Assembly (NCBI GenBank): GCA_963801815.1
Contig: CAWDGJ010000002.1
Span: 32,001-96,000 of the forward strand
Length of the DNA stretch: 64,000 nt
Origin: an uncultured Verrucomicrobiae bacterium
Lineage (GTDB): Bacteria > Verrucomicrobiota > Verrucomicrobiia > Chthoniobacterales > UBA10450
Direction: 5' to 3'
A program made the translations under genes and the position numbers. Below are positions 11,398 through 22,220 of this stretch, in pieces (the stretch's first letter is position 1; each line of letters begins with the position of its first letter). The notes under the pieces are model-generated. The model was not told the origin of the DNA. It searched no databases and was given only the letters and a program-made list of their open reading frames with translations.

Positions 11398-12374
11398 GCA
11401 CGGCCAAGTTCGAGCAAATCGGCCAGGCTTTGCGAGAACATCAAACGTTCGCCGTGCTGAGCCATGTTCGGCCGGACGGCGACGCGCTCGGCAGCCAGCT
11501 CGCACTCGGGCTTTCCTTGCGACAACTCGGGAAAGATGTGCGCATGTGGAACGAAGACGGCATGCTGGAGAAATACAGCTTTCTTCCCAATGCGAAGTTG
11601 CTGACGAAACCTCCGGCCGGACCACAGGATTTTGATGTGGCAATCGCCCTCGACACCGCGATTCAAAATCGCCTCGGCGCAACGGTCGCGGCGATTAAGT
11701 CGGCGAAACTTTGGATCAACATCGATCATCACCCAAGCAATCCGGGTTATGGCGACCTCGTTTATATCGATCCGAACGCGCCGGCGACCGGACAGATTCT
11801 TTTCGAAATAATCAAGACGCAGAAATTGCCGATCGATCCCGGAATCGCAGAAAATCTTTACGTCGCGATTTCGACTGACACCGGCTCGTTTCAATATCCA
11901 AACACCACCGCGCGGACATTCGAGATTGCAGCGGAACTCGTTCGGGCCGGGGTCGATGTTGGCCGCGTGAGCCAATCGACCTACGAAAATTATCCGCGAC
12001 GGCGAGTGGAACTCTTGCGCGATCTTCTCGGCACGATGCGTTTTTATGCGAATAATCGCGTCGCAAGTTTTAGTTTGAGCCTCGCCACGGCGAAAAAACT
12101 TGAGGTATTGCCAGAAGACAACGAAGGGCTCATCGATCACCTGCGTGCGATCCGCGGCGTGATCGTCGCGATATTCTTCGAAGAACTGACCGATGGAAAA
12201 GTGCGCGTGAGCATGCGTTCCAAGAACGACAAAGTGAATGTCTGCACGATCTGCGAAAAGTTTGGCGGTGGCGGGCACGTTCTCGCCGCTGGCGCACGCG
12301 TTCGCGGATCGCTCGCAGACGTAGAAAAGAAGATTTTGGAGGAAGTGTGTGACGTCGTTAGCCGCGTCTCTTGA
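11394..12374 (+). CDS. nrnA: DHH/DHHA1 phosphoesterase (NrnA-like)
   Basis: HVRPDGDALGS, IDHH, TDTGSF, GGGGH. Confidence 0.92.
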   Translation: MSTAKFEQIGQALREHQTFAVLSHVRPDGDALGSQLALGLSLRQLGKDVRMWNEDGMLEKYSFLPNAKLLTKPPAGPQDFDVAIALDTAIQNRLGATVAAIKSAKLWINIDHHPSNPGYGDLVYIDPNAPATGQILFEIIKTQKLPIDPGIAENLYVAISTDTGSFQYPNTTARTFEIAAELVRAGVDVGRVSQSTYENYPRRRVELLRDLLGTMRFYANNRVASFSLSLATAKKLEVLPEDNEGLIDHLRAIRGVIVAIFFEELTDGKVRVSMRSKNDKVNVCTICEKFGGGGHVLAAGARVRGSLADVEKKILEEVCDVVSRVS

Positions 12375-13074
12375 CGGCGTTCTTCTGGTAGACAAAGCCG
12401 AGGCCATGACTTCGCATGACGTGGTTGCGCTCGTGCGTCGACAGCTCGGAATCAAAAAAGTGGGTCATTGCGGAACCCTCGATCCGATCGCAACCGGCTT
12501 GCTTTTGATAACGATCGGCCGCGGGACAAAAGTTCAGGATTTGCTAATGAGCGAGGACAAGGAATACGTCGGGACGCTTACGCTTGGCGCGAGCACGACC
12601 ACCCAAGATCGACAAGGAGAGATCGTTGAGACAAAACCGGTGCCGGAGTTGAGCGAAAACGAAATCCGGTCCGCGTTCGATAAATTCCGCGGCGATTTTT
12701 ATCAAACACCGCCAATGGTCTCTGCCAAAAAACATGGCGGCGTCCCGCTCTACAAACTTGCACGGCAGGGCAAAGTGGTCGAACGCGAGCCGCGTTTCGT
12801 TCACGTTTATCGCCACACGATCGATCGCATTGCGCTGCCAGACGTTGATTTCAGCGTTGTGTGCAGCAAAGGGTTTTATGTTCGCACTTACGCGCACGAC
12901 ATCGGCACCGAGCTCGGGTGCGGTGCGCACTTGAAAGCATTGCGACGAACAAAATCAGGCCGGTTCGACGTGGGTGACGCAATCACCGTCGAGCAGATCA
13001 AAAATTTGCCGCGCGACCAAGTGGCGAGCAAAATCCTCTCGCTCCCGCAAGTTTCTCGAATGCGCGGAGCCTGA
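12349..13074 (+). CDS. truB: tRNA pseudouridine(55) synthase
   Basis: KVGHCGTLDP, CSKGFYVRT. Confidence 0.96.
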   Translation: MTSLAASLDGVLLVDKAEAMTSHDVVALVRRQLGIKKVGHCGTLDPIATGLLLITIGRGTKVQDLLMSEDKEYVGTLTLGASTTTQDRQGEIVETKPVPELSENEIRSAFDKFRGDFYQTPPMVSAKKHGGVPLYKLARQGKVVEREPRFVHVYRHTIDRIALPDVDFSVVCSKGFYVRTYAHDIGTELGCGAHLKALRRTKSGRFDVGDAITVEQIKNLPRDQVASKILSLPQVSRMRGA

Positions 13075-13225
13075 CCCGAAGCACGAAACTCGATATCGAA
13101 ATCCGAAACAAATTGTAATGACCCGAATTCAAAATCACAGATCGAAAGTGGCAACACCCGTTCGAAAGATTCGAGTTTTCGATTTCCTTCTTGTTTCGAA
13201 ATTCGGATTTCGGATTTCGGATTTC
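13074..13225. repeat. Inverted heptamer-array element (ATCCGAA-like units / TTCGGAT x3)
   Basis: Left arm ...cgaaatccgaaacaa; right arm ttgtttcgaaattcggatttcggatttcggattt; lies between truB and ribF. Confidence 0.8.
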
Positions 13226-13231
13226 TAATCC

Positions 13232-14161
13232 ATGGAAATCCTCCGCTCCATCCCTGAACTCTCGCGCTTGGATGGTCCACTGTTTCTCGCGATCGGAGTG
13301 TTCGATGGAGTTCATCGCGGACATCAGGCCGTCATTTCAATCTCGGCGGATCACGCCCGGGCCGCCAACGGAACGCCTGTTGTCGTCACTTTTGATCCGC
13401 ATCCGGAAAAAGTTTTGAGACTGAAATCGGCGCCTCGTCTGCTGAGCGCGACGCAACATAAAATCGCGTTAATCCGCGCCCTCGGCGTCGCCCATCTCCT
13501 TATCATCACATTCGACAAACAATTTGCCGCAACCGAACCCGAAGACTTCGTTCAGCAGCTGGTCGCGCATTCGAAACCGCTGCGCGAAATCTGCGTCGGC
13601 CATGAATGGTCGTTTGGTAAAAATCGCCGGGGCAATCTTGATCTTCTCAAAAAACTTGGAGCGAAATTCAACTTCGAAGTCGTCGGAGTTCCACCGATAA
13701 AGGCAAACGACGAAGTGGTGAGCAGCACGGCGATTCGTGATGCGATTGACCGCGGTGATTTTGCGAAAGCTGCCGCGATGCTCGGACGCGAATACACGAT
13801 TTTGGGAACAGTGACGCACGGCGATAATCTCGGGAAGAAAATCGGATTCCCGACTGCGAACCTGAGCGCGCACAACGAGCAGTTTCCGCCGAACGGCGTT
13901 TACGCAGCGGCGGCTCGCCTCAGCGATGGTGTGCATCTTGGCGTCGTGAATCTCGGCGTTCGGCCGACAGTCACGAGCGACAGATCCGAGCGCGTGCTTG
14001 AGATTCATTTGTTCGATTTCGATCGCGACATCTACGGTCGCGATGTTGAGGTCCGCTTCGTGAAATATCTTCGACCGGAGCAGAAATTCGAAAACGTCGA
14101 TGCACTCGTCGCCCAAATCCGGCGCGATGCCGACCAGGCGCGCGAACTGTTCCGCGGTTAG
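13232..14161 (+). CDS. ribF: Bifunctional riboflavin kinase/FAD synthetase
   Basis: GVFDGVHRGH, VSSTAIR, GFPTAN, LEIHLFDF. Confidence 0.97.
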   Translation: MEILRSIPELSRLDGPLFLAIGVFDGVHRGHQAVISISADHARAANGTPVVVTFDPHPEKVLRLKSAPRLLSATQHKIALIRALGVAHLLIITFDKQFAATEPEDFVQQLVAHSKPLREICVGHEWSFGKNRRGNLDLLKKLGAKFNFEVVGVPPIKANDEVVSSTAIRDAIDRGDFAKAAAMLGREYTILGTVTHGDNLGKKIGFPTANLSAHNEQFPPNGVYAAAARLSDGVHLGVVNLGVRPTVTSDRSERVLEIHLFDFDRDIYGRDVEVRFVKYLRPEQKFENVDALVAQIRRDADQARELFRG

Positions 14162-14171
14162 CTGCCGCGAA

Positions 14172-14375
14172 TTAGCGCTTGGGTCTTTTTCGGCGACGCG
14201 CCGATGAAACAGTGATCTTCGTGGGCTGATCACTTTCGCGCTGGGGGATCCCAAATCTTTTTTGAACGCGCAACATTTCGCGATCGATCTCCTGGATCTG
14301 CGCCATCAACGCTTCCTTTCGTTCAGAGAGCCGAACCAATTCCTTCAAACTCGCGCTCGGAATATTTCGCAGCAT
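14172..14375 (-). CDS. Small basic coiled-coil protein (67 aa)
   Basis: MLRNIPSASLKELVRLSERKEALMAQIQEIDR...RRRKRPKR, preceded by TTTACA-N17-CAAAAT. Confidence 0.65.
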   Translation of the reverse strand: MLRNIPSASLKELVRLSERKEALMAQIQEIDREMLRVQKRFGIPQRESDQPTKITVSSARRRKRPKR

Positions 14376-14421
14376 TTCCCTATTTTGACCTTCAAAATCG
14401 ACAATGTAAACCGGCACTGGA

Positions 14422-14763
14422 CTATGGTTGAATCTGATGCGTCTTATACATCGCGGCGAAAATGCCCCCGGCCATGACGAGCATGCCGCTAGCCAATGCA
14501 AATGCCACCACCCATACCGTCGGGATCGTTGTTAACCGGAACATCTCGACCAAAATAAAACGGCCGCCGTCAGACAAAACGTAAGTAAGCGCGCTGGCGA
14601 GCGCGCTCATGGCCACGAGAATGAACGAGCGTAAAAATTCCATTCTCCGCATCGGCGCCGGAAGTTGTTGCAAGACTCGCGCGGTGAAGCCGTCGTCTTC
14701 GATGTAGGGTGCGGCTTCCTGCAGCTTTCGGTCCAGCCAATCGTCTTGAATCTCCACGCTCAT
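14422..14763 (-). CDS. Putative membrane anti-sigma factor (DUF5056-like)
   Basis: Starts 1 nt after the ECF sigma stop; DDGFTARVLQQLP followed by two TM helices. Confidence 0.7.
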   Translation of the reverse strand: MSVEIQDDWLDRKLQEAAPYIEDDGFTARVLQQLPAPMRRMEFLRSFILVAMSALASALTYVLSDGGRFILVEMFRLTTIPTVWVVAFALASGMLVMAGGIFAAMYKTHQIQP

Positions 14764-14764
14764 T

Positions 14765-15298
14765 TCAATTCGCCCACGCCGCTAAGGTCTTCTTCAATTT
14801 TTCGCGTCCGCGCAACACATTGGTCTTAACTGTTCCCAACGGAATATCGAGCACGCGCGATGCCTCATCATGCGATAAACCGTTCTGGCAGCAAAGCAAA
14901 ACTGCCGATCGCTCGTGCAACGGCAGTAAGTTCAGCGCATGCATAAGATCGTGTCTCAGTCCGGGATCGACAGTTTGCGGGTCCTGTTCGGCCTGCCATT
15001 GCTCTTCATTAATCCCGACGAGCTCCTTTCTTTTGCGAGCGTCTTCGCGAAAACAGTTGTAGGCGATTCGATAAAGCCAGGTGGAAAACTTCGCTTCGCC
15101 GCGAAAGCTGCGAATATTTTTGTAAGCCCGAATGAAAGCGTCTTGCGCCAAGTCATCGGCCAGGGCGATATCACCGCGGGTAAGCTGCCGCAATAAACCG
15201 CGGACGCTCGATTGGTGCCGACGGACCAGCTCGCCATAGGCGTGCTGGTCGTCATCGGCAAGAACTCGAGCGATGAGGTCGACATCGGTTAGCTCCAC
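14765..15298 (-). CDS. ECF RNA polymerase sigma factor
   Basis: ADDLAQDAF, FSTWLYRIAYN, IPLGTVKTNVLRGR. Confidence 0.95.
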   Translation of the reverse strand: MELTDVDLIARVLADDDQHAYGELVRRHQSSVRGLLRQLTRGDIALADDLAQDAFIRAYKNIRSFRGEAKFSTWLYRIAYNCFREDARKRKELVGINEEQWQAEQDPQTVDPGLRHDLMHALNLLPLHERSAVLLCCQNGLSHDEASRVLDIPLGTVKTNVLRGREKLKKTLAAWAN

Positions 15299-15307
15299 AT
15301 CCGGAGA

Positions 15308-15955
15308 TTAAGAGGTTGGAGGCGGCGGCGGAATCTCGTTCTTCTTTTCGCCTTCCAGTTTCCAGACCAGGAGATAACCCAGCCCGATCACGAACGGAAT
15401 CACTCCGATTGCCCAGGCGCCACCTTCCCAGTCATTCCACGCGCCGAAGCAAACCATCAAGCCGATGCCCACCATCACCAGGACAATGCCGCGTCGCATA
15501 TCGTGGCGCTGGCGCACAGCCGGTGTCGGGGGCGCAAGCAATGCTGCTGGGATCGGTTGACCTTTTTCAGCCAGCATCCGGACCGTGCGGTGCTGCATTC
15601 GGGATTTTGAAAACCCGAAATACATGATGAACGCAACGATCAGCACCGGCGCGCCAAAGATCGTGAACATGGTGATTGCCACGATCGGAATAACGAAGTC
15701 GGGGATATCTTCCGACTTGAGATCTATGTCTTTACCGTTGTCTCCGTCGATCACGAATCCGTGATGACCTTTGAGCTTTTTCTCGATCCGTTGATGGATC
15801 CTGTCCGCCAAATCCCGGGCGGGCGACGCGGAGGCGGCCACCGAGGCGGTCGCACTTGGCGAAGCAGGCGGCGGCGGGCTCGGAGGCGTCTGAGCCACGG
15901 CCGCAAGCGCTACCGCGAGTGAACACATGCAGAGAGTTAATGTTTTCATTTTCAT
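15308..15955 (-). CDS. Membrane protein (DUF6249-like), first gene of the ECF operon
   Basis: Signal peptide, Pro-rich linker, EKGQPIP, DMRRGIVL, IPFVIGLGYLL; 3 TM helices. Confidence 0.75.
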   Translation of the reverse strand: MKMKTLTLCMCSLAVALAAVAQTPPSPPPPASPSATASVAASASPARDLADRIHQRIEKKLKGHHGFVIDGDNGKDIDLKSEDIPDFVIPIVAITMFTIFGAPVLIVAFIMYFGFSKSRMQHRTVRMLAEKGQPIPAALLAPPTPAVRQRHDMRRGIVLVMVGIGLMVCFGAWNDWEGGAWAIGVIPFVIGLGYLLVWKLEGEKKNEIPPPPPTS

Positions 15956-15965
15956 CCTTTGGTAG

Positions 15966-15997
15966 TGAGATGCAGTCCGACCCGGTTTTGGATTCAG
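15966..15997 (-). promoter_or_regulatory. Putative autoregulatory ECF promoter CTGAATCCAAAA-N12-GCATCTCA
   Basis: Lies immediately upstream of the ECF operon; same motif at 41032-41063. Confidence 0.7.
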
Positions 15998-16079
15998 TTT
16001 TTAGGAAATACCTCTGAAACTGACAACTAAAAGGTTGCAGCCGGGAGCCCCCTCGCCATTATTTCTACCCCTCAACGAC

Positions 16080-16153
<74 letters not shown>

Positions 16154-16154
<1 letters not shown>

Positions 16155-17605
16155 TGCCTTCTCTGGACATAACGCCCACGCGCGACGAGTTCCGCGACCT
16201 CGCCAAACGTGGCAATCTTGTCCCGTTAGTTGTCGATCTTGTCGCCGACGTAGAGACGCCGGTCTCCGCCTTCGCCAAGATCGATACCGGCGAGCCGTGC
16301 TTTCTCTTTGAATCGGCCGAGCGCAACGAAGAGCTCGGGCGGTTCTCATTCATCGGGTTCGATCCGCTCGTAGTTTTGAACAGCACCGACACCAAAGGCG
16401 ATCCGTTAACGCGCCTTCAACAAACGCTGGCCCATTTCAAATTCGTCGCTCCTCCCGGAGTTCCGCACTTTGTTGGCGGCGCGGTTGGTTACATCGGCTA
16501 CGACGTCGTCCGTTTCTTCGAACCGACGGTTCCAATCCATCCGCGCGACGATCTGAAAATTCCCGAGATGGTTTTCATGATTCCGCGCTTGTTGCTCGTG
16601 TTCGATCACCGTTTTCGAAAACTTTGCCTGATCTGCAACGCGCATATCGATGGCAAACGTTCGGTTGATCAGGCCTACGATCGTGCGGCTGCGGATTTGA
16701 AAAACGCGATGGCGCGGTTGAGCGAGCAGCGCGCACTCCAGCCGATCGACGCGAAGTCGCCGGCACATTTCCCCTCGCCCGCGAGCAACACCGCTCGCAC
16801 TGAATTCGAATCGATGGTTGTGAAAGCAAAGGAGCTGATCGCGGCGGGCGACATCTTCCAAGTGGTTTTGTCGCAGCGCTTCGAAACAGATTTCAATGGT
16901 GAGCCGCTCGATCTCTACCGCGCGCTTCGGTTCGGCAACCCATCGCCCTACATGTTTTGTTTACGATTTAGTCGCGACTTCACCGTTCTTGGAAGTTCGC
17001 CCGAAGTTCATCTGCGCGTACGCGACCGGATTGCCGAGCTACGTCCGATCGCCGGGACTTATCCGCGCGGAAAAGATGCGGCCGAAGATGAGCGGCTCGC
17101 ACGCGAGTTGATTGCCGATCCGAAGGAACGCGCCGAGCACGTGATGTTGATCGACCTCGGCCGGAACGATCTCGGCCGCGTCGCGGAGTTCGGCACCGTC
17201 AAAGTGACCGAACAAATGGTGATCGAACGCTACAGTCACGTGATGCACATCGTTTCGCATATCGTCGCGCGTTTGCGTGAGGATAGAGATGCATTCGACG
17301 CGATCCGCGCAACATTTCCCGCCGGAACGGTCTCGGGCGCACCAAAAATCCGGGCGACGCAAATTATTGCCGAACTGGAAAAAGCGCGGCGCGGATTCTA
17401 CGCCGGCATTGTCGGGCACTTCGGATTCGACGGATCACACGACAGTTGCATCGCGATCCGCTCGATTGTTTTGAAAAACAAAAAAGCTTATTTGCAAACC
17501 GGTGCGGGAATTGTGGCGGACTCCGACCCAGCGCGCGAATTTGACGAGTGCACGAACAAGGCGAAAGCGATGCTCGCCGCGATAGCGCGCGCGACGAACA
17601 AATGA
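16154..17605 (+). CDS. trpE: Anthranilate synthase component I
   Basis: [55 protein letters not shown]. The first ATG after the tRNA is at 16154. Confidence 0.93.
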
Positions 17606-18171
17606 AACTGCTCGTGATCGATAACTACGATTCGTTCACCTACAATCTCGTCCAGCTTTTCGGCGAGCTCGGGGACGTCGAACTGGTGGTAAAGCGAAAT
17701 GACGACATTACGGTCGATGACGTCGAAAAGCTTAAGCCAGATCGCATTTGCATTTCACCGGGACCAGGCCGCCCGGAAAATGCCGGCATTAGCTCACAGC
17801 TAGTTCGTGAATTCGGGCCGGACGTTCCAATTCTCGGCGTTTGTCTCGGTCACCAATGCATCGCGCAAGTTTTCGGTGGCGAAGTTGTCCGCGCGGAAAA
17901 ATTGATGCATGGCAAAACGTCGCAGATTCATCATCAAAATCGCGGCGTGTTCAAGAATTTGGCCGAACCGCTGGAAGCGACGCGTTACCATTCGCTGATC
18001 GTGAAACGCGAATCGGTTCCCGATTCGCTCGAGATCACAGCGGAGACTGACGACGGTGAGATCATGGGACTACAGCATCGACAACTCCCAATTCACGGCG
18101 TCCAGTTTCATCCAGAATCAATCCTGACAACCGAAGGCCGCAAGTTGCTCGCGAATTTTTTGCGGATTTAA
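17602..18171 (+). CDS. trpG: Anthranilate/aminodeoxychorismate synthase component II
   Basis: [33 protein letters not shown] overlap with trpE. Confidence 0.92.
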   Translation: MKLLVIDNYDSFTYNLVQLFGELGDVELVVKRNDDITVDDVEKLKPDRICISPGPGRPENAGISSQLVREFGPDVPILGVCLGHQCIAQVFGGEVVRAEKLMHGKTSQIHHQNRGVFKNLAEPLEATRYHSLIVKRESVPDSLEITAETDDGEIMGLQHRQLPIHGVQFHPESILTTEGRKLLANFLRI

Positions 18172-19190
18172 GCCGCACGGTTGCGCGCGATCACGTCGTG
18201 GATTTGCCGGACTTCGCGCACCATTTGCTCGTACTCGTCGAACATCAACGACTGTGCGCCATCGGAAAGCGCTTCTTCCGGCCGCCCATGCACCTCGATC
18301 ATCAATCCATCAGCGCCGACGGCAACGCCAGCACGAGCTAGCGGCGTAACCATATAACTGCGGCCGGTCCCGTGGGCCGCATCAACGATCACCGGCAAAT
18401 GCGAGATTTTGCGAACTGCCGGGACGGCGGCGAGATCGAGAGTGTTTCGCGTGTGTTGAGCAAACGTGCGCACGCCGCGCTCGCACAATACGATGTTGTA
18501 ATTGCCTTCGGCCATGATGTATTCGGCCGCGAGCAGCCACTCTTCCAGCGTCGCGGCCATTCCACGTTTCAACAGTACCGGCAATTTCGAACGGCCGACC
18601 CGTCGCAGCAGCGTGAAGTTTTGCATGTTGCGCGCGCCGATCTGGATCATGTCGGCGTATTTTTCGACGAGATCCACATTCCCTTCGTCGAGCGCTTCGC
18701 TCACGATCTTCAAACCAAATTCCTTGCGAATGTCGGCCAGGATCTTCAACGCGGCCCCGCCCAATCCGGAAAAAGCGTAAGGCGAAGTGCGCGGCTTGAA
18801 TGCGCCGCCGCGGAAAAATCTTGCGCCGCTGCGCTGAACTACATCCGCGATGGCAAACGCCTGCTTGCTGTTCTCGATCGCGCATGGCCCGGCAATGATG
18901 GCGAGCGAGCCGTCACCGATCCGGGCACCATCACCAAGATCAACAACGGTCCGCTCGGGCCGCATATCGAGCGTTATCAATTTGTACGGCTTGGTGACAC
19001 GGATTGCTTCCGAAACGCCAGGAAGATTTTCGAAGCGCGAAAGATCGACCGGGCCCTGGTTGCCGGTCACGCCGATCGCAGTCCGGTTCGCACCGGGCAT
19101 GACGTGCGCACGGAAACCGAGCGACTCGACCACGCGAACGACGTTGTCGATCTCGGCTTTGCCCGCATGGGCAGTCATTACAATGAGCAT
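18168..19190 (-). CDS. aroF: DAHP synthase, type I-beta
   Basis: [33 protein letters not shown]. Confidence 0.93.
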   Translation of the reverse strand: MLIVMTAHAGKAEIDNVVRVVESLGFRAHVMPGANRTAIGVTGNQGPVDLSRFENLPGVSEAIRVTKPYKLITLDMRPERTVVDLGDGARIGDGSLAIIAGPCAIENSKQAFAIADVVQRSGARFFRGGAFKPRTSPYAFSGLGGAALKILADIRKEFGLKIVSEALDEGNVDLVEKYADMIQIGARNMQNFTLLRRVGRSKLPVLLKRGMAATLEEWLLAAEYIMAEGNYNIVLCERGVRTFAQHTRNTLDLAAVPAVRKISHLPVIVDAAHGTGRSYMVTPLARAGVAVGADGLMIEVHGRPEEALSDGAQSLMFDEYEQMVREVRQIHDVIARNRAA

Positions 19191-19238
19191 GGCGTGAAAA
19201 GGCGTTTACTTACCCGGAATTATACCCTCCGGTCAAAT

Positions 19239-20192
19239 TTAACCCACGTTTTTGACTTTCGGTCCGAGCAAAATCGGCGGGAGCGCACGCTCGATCTCGG
19301 GCCGGTGTTGCTCGTATTGCGGCGGTAGTTTCAACGTCTCGCCGAGATGTTGGACCGGTTCGTCCACGGTGAAACCGGGACCCTCTGTGGCGATTTCAAA
19401 TAAAATCCCGCCTGGCTCACGGAAATAAATCGAATGAAAATAAAACCGATCGACCACCGGCGTGACATGCAGGCCACGAGCAACGATTTGTTCGCGCCAA
19501 TGCACTTGTTCCAACTCGTCGGCGCAGCGAAACGCAATGTGATGCACGGTACCGGCGGAGTTGACGCCGAATTGTCCATCCGGGCGCTCGACCAAATCAA
19601 CCCAGGCACTGGTCGATTTTGAATTCACCGAAAACCGTTTTCGCGCCGCTTGTTCAGCAATTAGCTCGAAACCGAGGTGCGCCAAAACACTCTCGGTCTT
19701 CTTCGCGTGCTGAACTTCGAGCGTCGGCGAGTGAAATCCATGAATCGCGAATTTCTTGGGTACGTCGCTTTCATATTTAAGATCGACGTCGTCCAGTTGG
19801 TCGGACTCAATCAGCTCGAGTATCAGACCATCCGGATCGGTAAGGCGGACGGCCGAGTGATCAAAGCGCGTCGGAAGCTGTTCGTGAAAAACGTGATGCT
19901 CGTCAAAACGCGCTTTCCAATAATCGAGCGAATTCTTCGGCACTGCGAAACTCGCTGCGATGACTTGTCCGGTGCCGCGCGTTCCTCGACGCGCGCCCGG
20001 CCACGCGAAAAACGTGATGGCCGTTCCCGGCCGGCCTGTTCGATCACCGTAATAAAGATGATAAGTCGACGGATCGTCGAAGTTCACAGTGCGCTTGGCG
20101 AAACGCAGACCGAGGACTTGAGTATAAAAATCGACGTTGCGCTGCGGATCGCTCGCGATGGCGGTAATATGGTGAATGCCACGCAGTTTCAC
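19239..20192 (-). CDS. Ring-cleaving dioxygenase (VOC, MhqA/O-like)
   Basis: GIHHITAI, TVNFDDP, GTVHHIAF, DRFYFHSIYFREPGG. Confidence 0.92.
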   Translation of the reverse strand: MKLRGIHHITAIASDPQRNVDFYTQVLGLRFAKRTVNFDDPSTYHLYYGDRTGRPGTAITFFAWPGARRGTRGTGQVIAASFAVPKNSLDYWKARFDEHHVFHEQLPTRFDHSAVRLTDPDGLILELIESDQLDDVDLKYESDVPKKFAIHGFHSPTLEVQHAKKTESVLAHLGFELIAEQAARKRFSVNSKSTSAWVDLVERPDGQFGVNSAGTVHHIAFRCADELEQVHWREQIVARGLHVTPVVDRFYFHSIYFREPGGILFEIATEGPGFTVDEPVQHLGETLKLPPQYEQHRPEIERALPPILLGPKVKNVG

Positions 20193-20247
20193 TGAACGAG
20201 AAGCTAACAGTTTCTCTATTAATTTGGGAAGCTAACTACAGTCACGC

Positions 20248-21036
20248 ATGTATTTGTGGCGAAAATCGGCGAGCGAGAAATGGTGGAGTGCTAACGAATT
20301 ACGGTTGCGCGCGATCGCTGGTGATCAGTTGGCTGTCATCGAACGACCGCACTACAAACAATTGCAGCTGGAAATTGGGTCGAATCGGCACACAGAGTTG
20401 CAAAACATCGCGAAGGAATTCGGTGGCCACGTTGAGAAACTGTCGCGCGATTGGCTCAAGCGCGCGCTTCGTCGTAAAACGAAACCGATCAAAGTTGGAA
20501 ACCAACGTTTAACCATCCCCGCGGGCGCGGCTTTCGGGACCGGAGAACACGCGACAACGACGATGTGCCTGCGATTTCTCGGAAAACTGACACGCAATTG
20601 GGACCACGGCTGGTCGATTCTCGACATTGGGACGGGCAGCGGCATCCTCACGCTGGCGGCGAAACTTCTCGGCGCGAAGAACGCGATCGGAATCGACAAC
20701 GATCCGATTGCAATTCGTACCGCGAGACAGAACGCGCAGTTGAACAAGATTCACGGAGTCGAATTTCGCGTAAGTGACATTCGCGATTGGGAGCGTGGCA
20801 AGAGAACCCTTCGCCAAGACTCCGTCGCCCAAGCCGACATTATCACGGCGAATCTCTTCAGCGAATTGCTAATCAAAATTCTGCCGGCGCTGACCTCTGC
20901 GCGTTGGCTGATTCTCTCAGGAATTCTGCGATTACAGGAACGCGAACTGAGGCGCACTCTCGCTCGAAGCAAGATCGACGTCGTCGAGGTGCGCCGGAGT
21001 GGAAAGTGGGTTGCGATGCTGACCCGCCGCAGGTAG
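20248..21036 (+). CDS. prmA: 50S protein L11 methyltransferase-like
   Basis: AFGTGEHATT, LDIGTGSGIL, LILSGIL. Confidence 0.88.
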   Translation: MYLWRKSASEKWWSANELRLRAIAGDQLAVIERPHYKQLQLEIGSNRHTELQNIAKEFGGHVEKLSRDWLKRALRRKTKPIKVGNQRLTIPAGAAFGTGEHATTTMCLRFLGKLTRNWDHGWSILDIGTGSGILTLAAKLLGAKNAIGIDNDPIAIRTARQNAQLNKIHGVEFRVSDIRDWERGKRTLRQDSVAQADIITANLFSELLIKILPALTSARWLILSGILRLQERELRRTLARSKIDVVEVRRSGKWVAMLTRRR

Positions 21037-21108
21037 GTTCGCCCCCCTTAGCGGCTACGGTTTTCTGCATTAACGCGGTTTAAATCATAAGCCGCGGGTA
21101 AAATCCAA

Positions 21109-22185
21109 ATGCAGAACGAAGAACTTGCTTATGCGATCCTGACTCCGTATTCGATGCGTAAATCGCGCACCGGCGGAATCATCGCGCGGCTGATATCGCG
21201 CACCGGCCTCGACCTGGTGGCAGCGCGAATGTTTGCGCCGAGCGAGGAGTTGGTTCGACGCTACGCCGAGACGATCGTGAGCGAAACCGAGCCGGCCCAT
21301 CGCGCAACCCAGGGATTGATTCGTGAGTATGTCCTAAAAAATTTCACCCGTGAAAAGCGGGGGCAACGCGCGCGGGTCTTGTGTTTGGTTTTTCGAGGAC
21401 CGGATGCCGCGGAAAGGATGCGAAACACAGTCGGTCACATTCGACACGAAACGACAGCCGGGGAAACAATTCGCGACACGTTCGGCGATTACATCACCGA
21501 CGATTCCGGTAAAGTCACTTACTTTGAACCCGGGGTCGTTGCAGGATTCGATGCGAAAGTGATCGAGGATGATCTGAAACTTTGGGCGCGATATTCTGAC
21601 AGCGATGGCGGAATTCTCGATGATTGTGTGCAATTTCCGGCCGGCGCCCGAGTTGAGAAGACATTGGTCCTGATCAAGCCGGACAATTTCAAGTTTCCGA
21701 ACGTTCGCCCGGGCGGCGTGATCGAAGTTTTCTCCCGCACCGGCCTCTACATTGTCGGGTTCAAGGTCCACCGAATGAGCGTTGCGCAGGCCGAACAGTT
21801 TTACGGGCCGGTGTTGCCGGTATTGCAGGACAAGCTGGGACACGCCAAGGGCCGCGACGCCTGGGAAGACATCGTTCAGTTCATGGCGGGCGCCCGCCCA
21901 AGCGACACCCTTCCGGAAAAACGCAACGAGCCTGGCTCCGAAAAATGTATCGCGCTCGTTTACCAAGGCGAGAATGCCGTGAGCAAGATCCGCGAAGTGC
22001 TCGGCCCAACCGATCCAGCGAAAGCCCCGCCGGGTTCAATTCGAAAAGAATTTGGCCAGACAATCATGATTAATGCCGCGCACGCATCGGATTCGATCGA
22101 CAACGCCAGGCGCGAAATGGGGATCGTGCAACCTGACGAGAATAATTTTAAAGCTTTGATTGAAGATTTTTATCGCCACAGATAA
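21109..22185 (+). CDS. ndk: Nucleoside-diphosphate kinase with two NDK-like domains
   Basis: C-terminal domain has TLVLIKPD, GPTDP...PGSIR and the catalytic AHASDS; N-terminal domain is a degenerate copy. Confidence 0.85.
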   Translation: MQNEELAYAILTPYSMRKSRTGGIIARLISRTGLDLVAARMFAPSEELVRRYAETIVSETEPAHRATQGLIREYVLKNFTREKRGQRARVLCLVFRGPDAAERMRNTVGHIRHETTAGETIRDTFGDYITDDSGKVTYFEPGVVAGFDAKVIEDDLKLWARYSDSDGGILDDCVQFPAGARVEKTLVLIKPDNFKFPNVRPGGVIEVFSRTGLYIVGFKVHRMSVAQAEQFYGPVLPVLQDKLGHAKGRDAWEDIVQFMAGARPSDTLPEKRNEPGSEKCIALVYQGENAVSKIREVLGPTDPAKAPPGSIRKEFGQTIMINAAHASDSIDNARREMGIVQPDENNFKALIEDFYRHR

Positions 22186-22220
22186 TGTGCGCTCCCTGAT
22201 TTAGAACCGACGATATTAAC

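Noticed and set aside
11313..12455. 380-aa antisense ORF over nrnA (similar cases: 18372-19328, 22170-23015, 37375-38394, 13469-14254)
   Set aside because: Shadow ORFs opposite well-supported genes, expected from codon bias in GC-rich DNA; no recognisable motifs.
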